From: Balanoglossus misakiensis
Taxonomy: Eukaryota > Animalia > Hemichordata
Direction: 5' to 3'
Length of the DNA stretch: 64,000 bases
Assembly: GCA_040954595.2 (NCBI GenBank)
Contig: CM082576.2
Span: 2,888,760 to 2,952,759, forward strand
A model generated the notes under the pieces. That model saw only the letters and a program-made list of their open reading frames with translations. It was not told where the DNA came from and ran no database searches. The position numbers and the translations under genes were made by a program. Below, piece after piece: positions 12,901 through 23,925 of this stretch. Within the stretch, counting starts at the first letter, position 1. Every line of letters begins with the position of its first letter.

Positions 12901-15900
12901 TTTTGCAAAAAATGAAGAAATTTTGAAATTTCGGAAAGTCGAAAAATTGTCATTTGTGGATGATTTTCATGAGCTATAACCCATGATTTTTGCAAAAAAT
13001 GAAGAAATTTTGAAATTTCGGAAAGTCGAAAAATTGTCATTTGTGGATGATTTTCATGAGCTATAACCCATGATTTTTGCAAAAAATGAAGAAATTTTGA
13101 AATTTCGGAAAGTCGAAAAATTGTCATTTGTGGATGATTTTCATGAGCTATAACCCATGATTTTTGCAAAAAATGAAGAAATTTTGAAATTTCGGAAAGT
13201 CGAAAAATTGTCATTTGTGGATGATTTTCATGAGCTATAACCCAAGATTTTTGCAAAAAATGAAGAAATTTTGAAATTTCGGAAAGTCGAAAAATTGTCA
13301 TTTGTGGATGATTTTCATGAGCTATAACCCATGATTTTTGCAAAAAATGAAGAAATTTCGAAATTTCGGAAAGTCGAAAAATTGTCATTTGTGGATGATT
13401 TTCATGAGCTATAACCCATGATTTTTGCAAAAAATGAAGAAATTTTGAAATTTCGGAAATTCGAAAAATTGTCATTTGTGGATGATTTTCATGAGCTATA
13501 ACCCATGATTTTTGCAAAAAATGAAGAAATTTTGAAATTTCGGAAAGTCGAAAAATTGTCATTTGTGGATGATTTTCATGAGCTATAACCCATGATTTTT
13601 GCAAAAAATGAAGAAATTTTGAAATTTCGGAAAGTCGAAAAATTGTCATTTGGTGATGATTTTCATGAGCTATAACCCATGATTTTTGCAAAAAATGAAG
13701 AAATTTCGAAATTTCGGAAAGTCGAAAAATTGTCATTTGTGGATGATTTTCATGAGCTATAACCCATGATTTTTGCAAAAAATGAAGAAATTTCGAAATT
13801 TCGGAAAGCCGAAAAATTGTCATTTGTGGATTATTTTCATGAGCTATAACCCATGATTTTTGCAAAAAATGAAGAAATTTTGAAATTTCGGAAAGTCGAA
13901 AAATTGTCATTTGTGTGTGATTTTCATGAGCTATAACCCATGATTTTTGCAAAAAATGAAGAAATTTTGAAATTTCGGAAAGTCGAAAAATTGTCATTTG
14001 TGGGTGATTTTCATGAGCTATAACCCATGATTTTTGCAAAAAATGAAGAAATTTTGAAATTTCGGAAAGTCGAAAAATTGTCATTTGTGGGTGATTTTCA
14101 TGAGCTATAACCCATGATTTTTGCAAAAAATGAAGAAATTTTGAAATTTCGGAAAGTCGAAAAATTGTCATTTGTGGATGATTTTCATGAGCTATAACCC
14201 ATGATTTTTGCAAAAAATGAAGAAATTTTGAAATTTCGGAAAGTCGAAAAATTGTCATTTGTGGATGATTTTCATGAGCTATAACCCATGATTTTTGCAA
14301 AAAATGAAGAAATTTTGAAATTTCGGAAAGTCGAAAAATTGTCATTTGGTGATGATTTTCATGAGCTATAACCCATGATTTTTGCAAAAAATGAAGAAAT
14401 TTCGAAATTTCGGAAAGTCGAAAAATTGTCATTTGTGGATGATTTTCATGAGCTATAACCCATGATTTTTGCAAAAAATGAAGAAATTTCGAAATTTCGG
14501 AAAGCCGAAAAATTGTCATTTGTCGATGATTTTCATGAGCTATAACCCATGATTTTTGCAAAAAATGAAGAAATTTTGAAATTTCGGAAAGTCGAAAAAT
14601 TGTCATTTGTGTGTGATTTTCATGAGCTATAACCCATGATTTTTGCAAAAAATGAAGAAATTTTGAAATTTCGGAAAGTCGAAAAATTGTCATTTGTGGG
14701 TGATTTTCATGAGCTATAACCCATGATTTTTGCAAAAAATGAAGAAATTTTGAAATTTCGGAAAGTCGAAAAATTGTCATTTGTGGGTGATTTTCATGAG
14801 CTATAACCCATGATTTTTGCAAAAAATGAAGAAATTTTGAAATTTCGGAAAGTCGAAAAATTGTCATTTGTGGGTGATTTTCATGAGCTATAACCCATGA
14901 TTTTTGCAAAAAATGAAGAAATTTTGAAATTTCGGAAAGTCGAAAAATTGTCATTTGTGGGTGATTTTCATGAGCTATAACCCATGATTTTTGCAAAAAA
15001 TGAAGAAATTTTGAAATTTCAGAAAGTCGAAAAATTGTCATTTGTGGGTGATTTTCATGAGCTATAACCCATGATTTTTGCAAAAAATGAAGAAAATTGG
15101 AAATTTCGGAAAGTCGAAAAATTGTCATTTGTGGGTGATTTTCATGAGCTATAACCCATGATTTTTGCAAAAAATGAAGAAATTTTGAAATTTCGGAAAG
15201 TCGAAAAATTGTCATTTGTGGGTGATTTTCATGAGCTATAACCCATGATTTTTGCAAAAAATGAAGAAATTTGGAAATTTCGGAAAGTCGAAAAATTGTC
15301 ATTTGTGGGTGATTTTCATGAGCTATAACCCATGATTTTTGCAAAAAATGAAGAAATTTTGAAATTTCGGAAAGTCGAAAAATTGTCATTTGTGGGTGAT
15401 TTTCATGAGCTATAACCCATGATTTTTGCAAAAAATGAAGAAATTTTGAAATTTCGGAAAGTCGAAAAATTGTCATTTGTGGATGATTTTCATGAGCTAT
15501 AACCCATGATTTTTGCAAAAAATGAAGAAATTTTGAAATTTCGGAAAGTCGAAAAATTGTCATTTGTGGATGATTTTCATGAGCTATAACCCATGATTTT
15601 TGCAAAAAATGAAGAAATTTTGAAATTTCGGAAAGTCGAAAAATTGTCATTTGTGGATGATTTTCATGAGCTATAACCCATGATTTTTGCAAAAAATGAA
15701 GAGATTTTGAAATTTCGGAAAGTCGAAAAATTGTCATTTGTGGATGATTTTCATGAGCTATAACCCATGATTTTTGCAAAAAATGAAGAAATTTTGAAAT
15801 TTCGGAAAGTCGAAAAATTGTCATTTGTGGGTGATTTTCATGAGCTATAACCCATGATTTTTGCAAAAAATGAAGAAATTTTGAAATTTCGGAAAGTCGA

Positions 15901-18406
15901 AAAATTGTCATTTGTGGGTGATTTTCATGAGCTATAACCCATGATTTTTGCAAAAAATGAAGAAATTTTGAAATTTCGGAAAGTCGAAAAATTGTCATTT
16001 GTGGGTGATTTTCATGAGCTATAACCCATGATTTTTGCAAAAAATGAAGAAATTTTGAAATTTCGGAAAGTCGAAAAATTGTCATTTGTGGGTGATTTTC
16101 ATGAGCTATAACCCATGATTTTTGCAAAAAATGAAGAAATTTGGAAATTTCGGAAAGTCGAAAAATTGTCATTTGTGGGTGATTTTCATGAGCTATAACC
16201 CATGATTTTTGCAAAAAATGAAGAAATTTGGAAATTTCGGAAAGTCGAAAAATTGTCATTTGTGGGTGATTTTCATGAGCTATAACCCATGATTTTTGCA
16301 AAAAATGAAGAAATTTGGAAATTTCGGAAAGTCGAAAAATTGTCATTTGTGGGTGATTTTCATGAGCTATAACCCATGATTTTTGCAAAAAATGAAGAAA
16401 TTTTGAAATTTCGGAAAGTCGAAAAATTGTCATTTGTGGATGATTTTCATGAGCTATAACCCATGATTTTTGCAAAAAATGAAGAAATTTTGAAATTTCG
16501 GAAAGTCGAAAAATTGTCATTTGTGGATGATTTTCATGAGCTATAACCCATGATTTTTGCAAAAAATGAAGAAATTTTGAAATTTCGGAAAGTCGAAAAA
16601 TTGTCATTTGTGGATGATTTTCATGAGCTATAACCCATGATTTTTGCAAAAAATGAAGAGATTTTGAAATTTCGGAAAGTCGAAAAATTGTCATTTGTGG
16701 ATGATTTTCATGAGCTATAACCCATGATTTTTGCAAAAAATGAAGAAATTTTGAAATTTCGGAAAGTCGAAAAATTGTCATTTGTGGATGATTTTCATGA
16801 GCTATAACCCATGATTTTTGCAAAAAATGAAGAAATTTTGAAATTTCGGAAAGTCGAAAAATTGTCATTTGTGGATGATTTTCATGAGCTATAACCCATG
16901 ATTTTTGCAAAAAATGAAGAAATTTTGAAATTTCGGAAAGTCGAAAAATTGTCATTTGTGGATGATTTTCATGAGCTATAACCCATGATTTTTGCAAAAA
17001 ATGAAGAAATTTTGAAATTTCGGAAAGTCGAAAAATTGTCATTTGTGGATGATTTTCATGAGCTATAACCCATGATTTTTGCAAAAAATGAAGAAATTTT
17101 GAAATTTCGGAAAGTCGAAAAATTGTCATTTGTGGATGATTTTCATGAGCTATAACCCATGATTTTTGCAAAATATGAAGAAATTTTGAAATTTCGGAAA
17201 GTCGAAAAATTGTCATTTGTGGATGATTTTCATGAGCTATAACCCATGATGTTTGCAAAAAATGAAGAAATTTTGAAATTTCGGAAAGTCGAAAAATTGT
17301 CATTTGTGGATGATTTTCATGAGCTATAACCCATGATTTTTGCAAAAAATGAAGAAATTTTGAAATTTCGGAAAGTCGAAAAATTGTCATTTGTGGATGA
17401 TTTTCATGAGCTATAACCCATGATTTTTGCAAAAAATGAAGAAATTTTGAAATTTCGGAAAGTCGAAAAATTGTCATTTGTGGATGATTTTCATGAGCTA
17501 TAACCCATGATTTTTGCAAAAAATGAAGAAATTTTGAAATTTCGGAAAGTCGAAAAATTGTCATTTGTGGATGATTTTCATGAGCTATAACCCATGATTT
17601 TTGCAAAAAATGAAGAAATTTTGAAATTTCGGAAAGTCGAAAAATTGTCATTTGTGGATGATTTTCATGAGCTATAACCCATGATTTTTGCAAAAAATGA
17701 AGAGATTTTGAAATTTCGGAAAGTCGAAAAATTGTCATTTGTGGATGATTTTCATGAGCTATAACCCATGATTTTTGCAAAAAATGAAGAAATTTTGAAA
17801 TTTCGGAAAGTCGAAAAATTGTCATTTGTGGATGATTTTCATGAGCTATAACCCATGATTTTTGCAAAAAATGAAGAAATTTTGAAATTTCGGAAAGTCG
17901 AAAAATTGTCATTTGTGGATGATTTTCATGAGCTATAACCCATGATTTTTGCAAAAAATGAAGAAATTTTGAAATTTCGGAAAGTCGAAAAATTGTCATT
18001 TGTGGATGATTTTCATGAGCTATAACCCATGATTTTTGCAAAAAATGAAGAAATTTTGAAATTTCGGAAAGTCGAAAAATTGTCATTTGTGGATGATTTT
18101 CATGAGCTATAACCCATGATGTTTGCAAAAAATGAAGAAATTTTGAAATTTCGGAAAGTCGAAAAATTGTCATTTGTGGATGATTTTCATGAGCTATAAC
18201 CCATGATTTTTGCAAAAAATGAAGAAATTTTGAAATTTCGGAAAGTCGAAAAATTGTCATTTGTGGATGATTTTCATGAGCTATAACCCATGATTTTTGC
18301 AAAAAATGAAGAAATTTTGAAATTTCGGAAAGTCGAAAAATTGTCATTTGTGGATGATTTTCATGAGCTATAACCCATGATTTTTGCAAAAAATGAAGAA
18401 ATTTTG
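3964..18406 (+). repeat. Satellite array: 166 copies of 87-bp monomer B (~29% GC)
   Basis: Consensus aattttgaaatttcggaaagtcgaaaaattgtcatttgtggatgattttcatgagctataacccatgatttttgcaaaaaatgaaga. The span g3970 to g18406 is 14436 bp = 166x87 - 6, matching the visible indels (+1 at ~4820, ~7335, ~8293, ~9615; -1 at ~11045; -9 at ~5938). Confidence 0.98.
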
Positions 18407-18554
18407 GATTATAGCTCATACACGCTCAAAAAATGACAAATTCTTGACTTTGTGAATTTTGGTGATTTTGGCATTCTAATGTCATATGCATGGATTATAG
18501 CTCATACACGCTCAAAAAATGACAAATTCTTGACTTTGTGAATTTTGGTGATTT
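18405..18554 (-). repeat. Right arm: ~1.75 copies of monomer A in inverted orientation
   Basis: tggattatagctcatacacgctcaaaaaatgacaaattcttgactttgtgaattttggtgattttggcatt is the reverse complement of the left-arm unit; the second copy starts at 18491. Confidence 0.95.
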
Positions 18555-18888
18555 GACGATTACTGACGACCTCACGTGTTGGAGGACGGCAGTCTATCAG
18601 GATACGATTGTCAGACAGAAGGGAGGGAAACACGAAAAAATCGCTGAGTATAGATAAATGTTTAACTTCAGCCCGGGTCATATATTTTTGTTTATTTACA
18701 TGTATTTATTTCCATGCATGTGCGATTCTTGAAAATATCACGTGCGAGGACGTCTGGCGAACGCTTTCCTGGAGTGTTTTTATCACACAACCCGCTAGTA
18801 CATTTTCCCCAGAAATCGATTGCAGGCCTGGGAAATAGACTCGGCGCCACCACCTTTTACAGAAGTTATGTTCTGCTCGCTTGGTGGT

Positions 18889-20811
18889 TCATTGGTACCA
18901 CATTTTTACAGCTGTTCCTTTACTCGTCGCCACCAAATTGCCCCCTTTCGCCTGAGACATAGCTAGGAGAGACGAGTGGTGACGTAAGTTGGAGTGCTTC
19001 GGTCCCGCTGGAATATCCAACAAAAAATCAATGTTAGGTGATGAAGCTCCTGGGATCGTCCTGCACAGTGACCTTCTGACTATGATGCTCACTGTATTTC
19101 TTTTCACTTGGATATGACTAACTTACCAGTGTTGTTTTCAAAGTTTCGAGGCGCTTCCTTGAAAATACTTCAATCATCATTCTGCAAAATGAACCCTAAG
19201 TCATGGAAAGTATGCATTTTGTGGCTCGCCGATGACATGCTTTACAACATCAAGCAAAACATACATTGGTTAGTGACATCCCAGAGAAATGACACCCGCC
19301 GCCTGAGACATATAAGATATTGCGATAATTTATCATCCACTTGTATACTGACCTGAGCACATGCATCGATCTTTGCAGAAAAGCACTTATTTTCCTCCGA
19401 GATAATATCTCGGGAAGAGATAACGTCAGTGCATAGGAGAAAAGTTCGCCAGAATGAAATCTTCTTTGGGAGCGCATTTATGCTTCGCTCTGTCATTTGG
19501 CGGCTCCGATTGAACACAGCAATATATACTCAAAACACGGCCATGTCACAATTTTCCCTTTTTATAATCCCAGATCGCTAAGGCCTTGTTCTGATGAACA
19601 AATTCCACGACTCGTATATTATGTTTGAATTTTGCCGCCTAAATTAGTTTAATGCGATTCGAAGACACGACATGACCCCGGATGCAATAATCCTTATTTT
19701 CTTGCAGTCCTGTCCTTTCAAGGCTGAATAATTTTGGAATATCTGACAGGCTGTCGCCACTTTGCGACCTTGTGCACAAAAGTACAGCATGTTACAGACG
19801 TATATCAACCATCAACCCCTGCAGCCGAGGTCTGATCAGATGGCCTGCAATCTGGATTCCATTTGTTTTTTCTGCGTATCGGAAATTGCGTATCTTATTT
19901 TAACGCTGAAGTCGACCACTGCACGATTGTCGCGTTTCCTGTGTCACCGATGCCTCTGATAGATATTTTTTTCGCTGTCGGTCTTCCGAGACCCATCCAG
20001 GTCTGATCTTCGCTGATTAGATCTCCGATAACAAAATCCAACGAGACAGTCCCGAGATTGAATTTCTGAGTAGCCGTGCAGAGCCGATCCCAAGCGTCCG
20101 CCTTTCTCGCTTTTTCTCTTTGCATTTCATTCTCAACTTTCCATATCTATGCGCGCTCATTGTTTGACTTTTGTGTAGCTTCCAGAGCTTGTGACACCAC
20201 GGGCCGGAGTCTTGGGAGTAAAGCCCATTTCTTGTAGCATCTATTCATTTTCTCTCCGACTCCTTTAGACCTATCGGCTTGACCCGAAATCCACTTATCA
20301 GCTGATTACGCGAGTGTATCATTACCGGAGCCTCTGTCGCGGGAGTCGGCTTTCATTGACTCGTCCCCAATAACATTGACTTACAGCTACCGGGACGGTC
20401 ATATTGTGTTACGAACGCGTGTAAACACACACCGGTGGGAACGAGAGATGTCCCACTCGGTCCAGTGGTACTACACACACGGAAGAACACGCCATAATGA
20501 ATATTTGGACCCAATCCAGATTCATCATACCAAAGAGAAAAAGTTAACAGCGGAGTTTTGAAATCGAAGTTCACTTTTTGGTATAGCAGCTAATTACGGC
20601 ATCTGTCTTTAGTTGACGCAAACTTTCCATGAAGATTTTCTTGTATAGGTATAGGTATCTTGTTCCGCCGGTGTATATGGTAAAATCTGTTCGTTTCAAT
20701 TTCGCGTGATGCCTTGTTCTTCACCTCCACCTTACCGATAACATGACAGACTCCTTCAAATGTGAAACGACACACTGTCTCCATTCTGCGCCATGTGTTC
20801 CTCGCGTTCAT
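18889..20811 (-). pseudogene. Possible degenerate coding sequence of unknown family
   Basis: Chain of minus-strand ORF pieces. 20811-20590 and 20574-20353 are in one frame split by a single TAG; the frame of 20125-19895 extends upstream through one TAG. No recognisable domain. Confidence 0.2.
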
Positions 20812-21506
20812 TAAAAGTCCCCTTTCAGTGATGTCGGAATCGTGCCAACTGCTAAAGGTTAATGGTGGATACTAGTCTAGCAGTGCCTTCATTCTGCTAT
20901 GGCAACCGCTTGTGTTCTCAGGCTTACTCAAGCTTCAGCGCCTCCGGGCAGCAGGTTACGTACGTGCATACGTCGGAATATGCGCCGAAAAGTAGGGTGA
21001 CACTGGTGCATGCGTACCATAACCAGAAATCGTGGCATAAAATTTACGTCTTACATACATACACGCATATACGTACGCAGGCACAAGCACAATCGCAAAC
21101 ACTTAATTATCATAAAGAAGGAACTTGTTCTTGCTTATGTCATTGTGAAGTTCAGTGCACTGAAGTGCATCCCGATTTCATAACCGTGGAAAAACATTAG
21201 CATATGTGACAATCCCGCGATGTACATGCTCCATCACTGAGTGGCAGAACTCACCAAAGCAAATGAATCGAAACCCATTAACAAACAGACTCTGCGGCTC
21301 TATGCAGTCTAACCCTCACCCGCTGGTTTGCTCAAAGCGTACATTCACCTGACTGGAAATAGCGTCGTGTGGCTTTTCCGTTTATAAAATAAAAATCTAC
21401 GTCAACTTTTTTATCTGCTTAACGGACGGACATTCCTAGACAAACCCACGCCGAGCAAATTGATGACGATCCGAATAATGTAATAAATTATTGCATACAT
21501 GCTTAT

Positions 21507-22389
21507 TTTATTTCACTGTAAAAGTTTACAAATATATTAAGTAATATTACACGGGACAAACCTGTGACAGGCGATGTACAAATGTTGAAACAACATTCAG
21601 GTCTATTGTAATGTAAAGTCTTGCTGTTTTACTGCATGAATGGCTAACCTAACTACTTCGAGGTGTTTCTGGTTACTCAGGTAAAAGTTGGAGTAATGTA
21701 TGACGACGATGCAAGCCTGTCACAGAAATTTGATAAAATGGCTATGGGACACAGTTATCTTGACAGGATTACGCTCGTGAATTCTGCTCCATAAGTGGGG
21801 ATCAATCGGTTTTTTCTCTTTGTTCGGTGGGGAGTATATTACGCTGGCGAAAGTGTTACAAAATCTCTGAAAGAAATTAAAGATTGCCGTCTTTATTCCC
21901 TCCGTCTTTTACAATAGTGTGCAATTTACAATAAGTTTATAGAGGTTGTCATGTTTGGTTCAAATCGCTCTGCCGTCTAACTACAAAAATATCAATATGT
22001 GGTGTCCTTCAGTGTCTTCAAAATATAAAATGTACAGCAGGCGGAATGCAAGGTGGATGATTGTCCACTTATTTGAGTTTTGGTTGTAGCTTTGTTTTTT
22101 GAGATTAACCATGCCAAACATAAATGTTGAAAAGCTTGGGCCCTTGAATTTATACTCTACTGACGCAGGCCTTAGAAACGTGCGAAGGAAATGGCAGACG
22201 TACTCAGTTAATTTATGCATCGGCTTTCTACCGTAAGTTAATTAATTATATTGCATATATTTAAAGTCAAAACTTGGAAAGTCGATAACGTTACAATGCT
22301 TGAGATGAATTCTAGCTATGTTTTGCCAGTTGTGGCTTGTCAAGTTTTATCGTATTGTAAGAAAGAGTACGGCTTTTCCTCAGTTTATT
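21507..22389 (-). terminator. Candidate AATAAA polyadenylation signals in the GPCR 3' UTR
   Basis: tttatt on + strand at 22384-22389, 21892-21897 and 21507-21512, downstream of the stop at 22470; which one is used is unknown. Confidence 0.3.
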
Positions 22390-22469
22390 TTTGTCAGTTC
22401 AAAGGCTTGGTGTCAAAAGTCGTCGTTTGTGCCACCCGTGCACACTGTGGCGGTTGTTACTCTTTCTTG

Positions 22470-23885
22470 TTACTGACGATATCGATTGCATGTCAAAATC
22501 TTGATAAATGTCACTCTGAAGAGTTCGTTTGCAAAGGCGTAACACAGCGGATTGAGAGTGCTGTTCATGTAGCACAGCCAGTAGCTGAAGGAATAAAGCC
22601 CCGGATGTATGCACGTGGGACACCAGCCGATGATGATGAAGAAGGTACTGTACGGACTCCAGGTGAGCATGAACGCTCCCAGAATGAGAGTCAAGGTCTT
22701 CATGGCCTTCCTGTCGGCGCGCTCGGCCTTGTCTTGCCGGGCCTTGGTCGACCTCTGCCGGCTATTCCAGCGATATGTTTTGCCCCTCTTCTTCATGGAC
22801 TCGGTGAGTCTGTGCTGCTCCTTGTCGCCGTTGGTGTGGTTCTCCGTCAGAGTGGTGAACATGCTGGAGTGCTCGTTGTTCATCCGGCGGCCGGACGACG
22901 ACGTGTCCTCGCTGGGCTCCATCTCGAAGCTCTCCGCCTCGGTGAGGCTCTTCCGCATCGTCGACAGGTCGTTGCTCGTGTTCGACGGCGACAGGAATTT
23001 CGTTTTCGACGAGCACGAGGCGCTGTCGGAACGCTGGGGGCGTTCCTCTGTGATGTCAAAGTTGATGTTGTTCGAAGGTTTAGCCAATCCCGGGGACGAG
23101 GAGACGGAGGCGTGCGCCTTAAAGTTTTCTGTCCTCATAATGTACGATGACTGTTGCTGTCTGTTCTTTAATTTCCTCGCCGCGAGTTGCCTGATTATTC
23201 GAAATATCTGAAAGTAAATCATGAAGAGCACCAATAACGGCAGCCAAAACACAACGACCGTGGAGACCGTCATAAAAATGGGATCATCCATAAACGGAAC
23301 CTGGCACGACTTGGGATCGCGAGATCTGCCGGAGAAATACGGCCATCCAATCACTGCGGTGAAATATCCTACAAAGGGTACGATCCAAGTCGGTATGATC
23401 ATCAGCGTTGCCCTCCTCAGGGTCATCTTGTTCCGGTAAGCAGCCGGTCTACTGACGGACCACAGGCGATCGCTGCTGATGAGTAGCAGGTTCATCACGG
23501 ACACTGTACAACATGCATAATCGATGGCTAACCACAGGTCGCAGACGAACTCGCCCAGCGGCCAGTATCCGACAGTCACGTACACCGAGTACAGGGGCAT
23601 GGACACCAGCCCGATGATGAGATCGGCGCAGGCCAAACTGAACAGAAAATAGTTGCTGGGCTTGTGAAGTCGCCTCTCTATGCGGAAAGATTCCAGCACC
23701 AGCACGTTGCCCCCCGCCGTGAAGACGATCCCCGCAGCCGCTCCTAGGCAGATGAAGACCAGGGCGATGGGGGTGTGCGGTGGCGACTGCCAGTCGAAGG
23801 CGGATGGTGGCCCTGATGTGTGGTTTGAGTAGCCGTCGGTTGGTGATAAATCCGAGGAGTTGATGGGAAGACTGAAGTCATTCAT
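22470..23885 (-). CDS. Class A aminergic GPCR, muscarinic acetylcholine receptor-like (divergent pocket), 471 aa, single coding exon
   Basis: Seven hydrophobic segments; TM1 GN; TM2 NYFLFSLACADLIIG; ECL1 GYWPLG..CDLWLAID; D3.32; DRL; long Ser-rich ICL3; TM6 FxxTWSPY; ECL3 CPTC; TM7 YWLCYMNSTLNPLCY; helix 8 with Cys; N-terminal sequons NSS and NHT. Start placed at M50 of the 22470..24032 ORF because a splice acceptor lies just upstream. Confidence 0.93.
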   Translation of the reverse strand: MNDFSLPINSSDLSPTDGYSNHTSGPPSAFDWQSPPHTPIALVFICLGAAAGIVFTAGGNVLVLESFRIERRLHKPSNYFLFSLACADLIIGLVSMPLYSVYVTVGYWPLGEFVCDLWLAIDYACCTVSVMNLLLISSDRLWSVSRPAAYRNKMTLRRATLMIIPTWIVPFVGYFTAVIGWPYFSGRSRDPKSCQVPFMDDPIFMTVSTVVVFWLPLLVLFMIYFQIFRIIRQLAARKLKNRQQQSSYIMRTENFKAHASVSSSPGLAKPSNNINFDITEERPQRSDSASCSSKTKFLSPSNTSNDLSTMRKSLTEAESFEMEPSEDTSSSGRRMNNEHSSMFTTLTENHTNGDKEQHRLTESMKKRGKTYRWNSRQRSTKARQDKAERADRKAMKTLTLILGAFMLTWSPYSTFFIIIGWCPTCIHPGLYSFSYWLCYMNSTLNPLCYAFANELFRVTFIKILTCNRYRQ

Positions 23886-23896
23886 ACTTGTGGCAT
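23882..23896 (-). promoter_or_regulatory. 4-codon uORF (MPQV*) whose stop overlaps the main ATG
   Basis: Minus strand gtcacATG CCA CAA GTA TGA; main ATG at 23885-23883 shares ATGA with the uORF stop. Confidence 0.5.
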
Positions 23897-23901
23897 GTGA
23901 C

Positions 23902-23925
23902 CTGCAAGAGAAGCGAAACAAAAGA
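23902..23925 (-). other. 3' splice acceptor preceding the GPCR coding exon
   Basis: Minus strand tcttttgtttcgcttctcttgcag|gtcac: pyrimidine tract plus CAG/G, exon starting at 23901, 16 nt before the ATG. Confidence 0.8.

Larger units (their letters stand above)
3626..18554. mobile_element. Putative foldback-like non-autonomous element with tandem-repeat inverted arms and an expanded internal satellite
   Basis: Inverted A arms bracket the B array. No transposase and no target-site duplication visible, and the outer ends are unequal, so mobility is inferred only. Confidence 0.4.

Noticed and set aside
3964-18406. CRISPR-like array or established giant repeat-protein gene
   Set aside because: No unique spacers and no cas genes in a eukaryotic context. 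The ORFs follow from a monomer length divisible by 3 and are broken by stops and frameshifts, so they are not called CDS.
22251-23439. Plus-strand ORFs of 299, 200 and 72 aa
   Set aside because: Antisense shadows of the GC-rich GPCR coding exon with no recognisable motifs.
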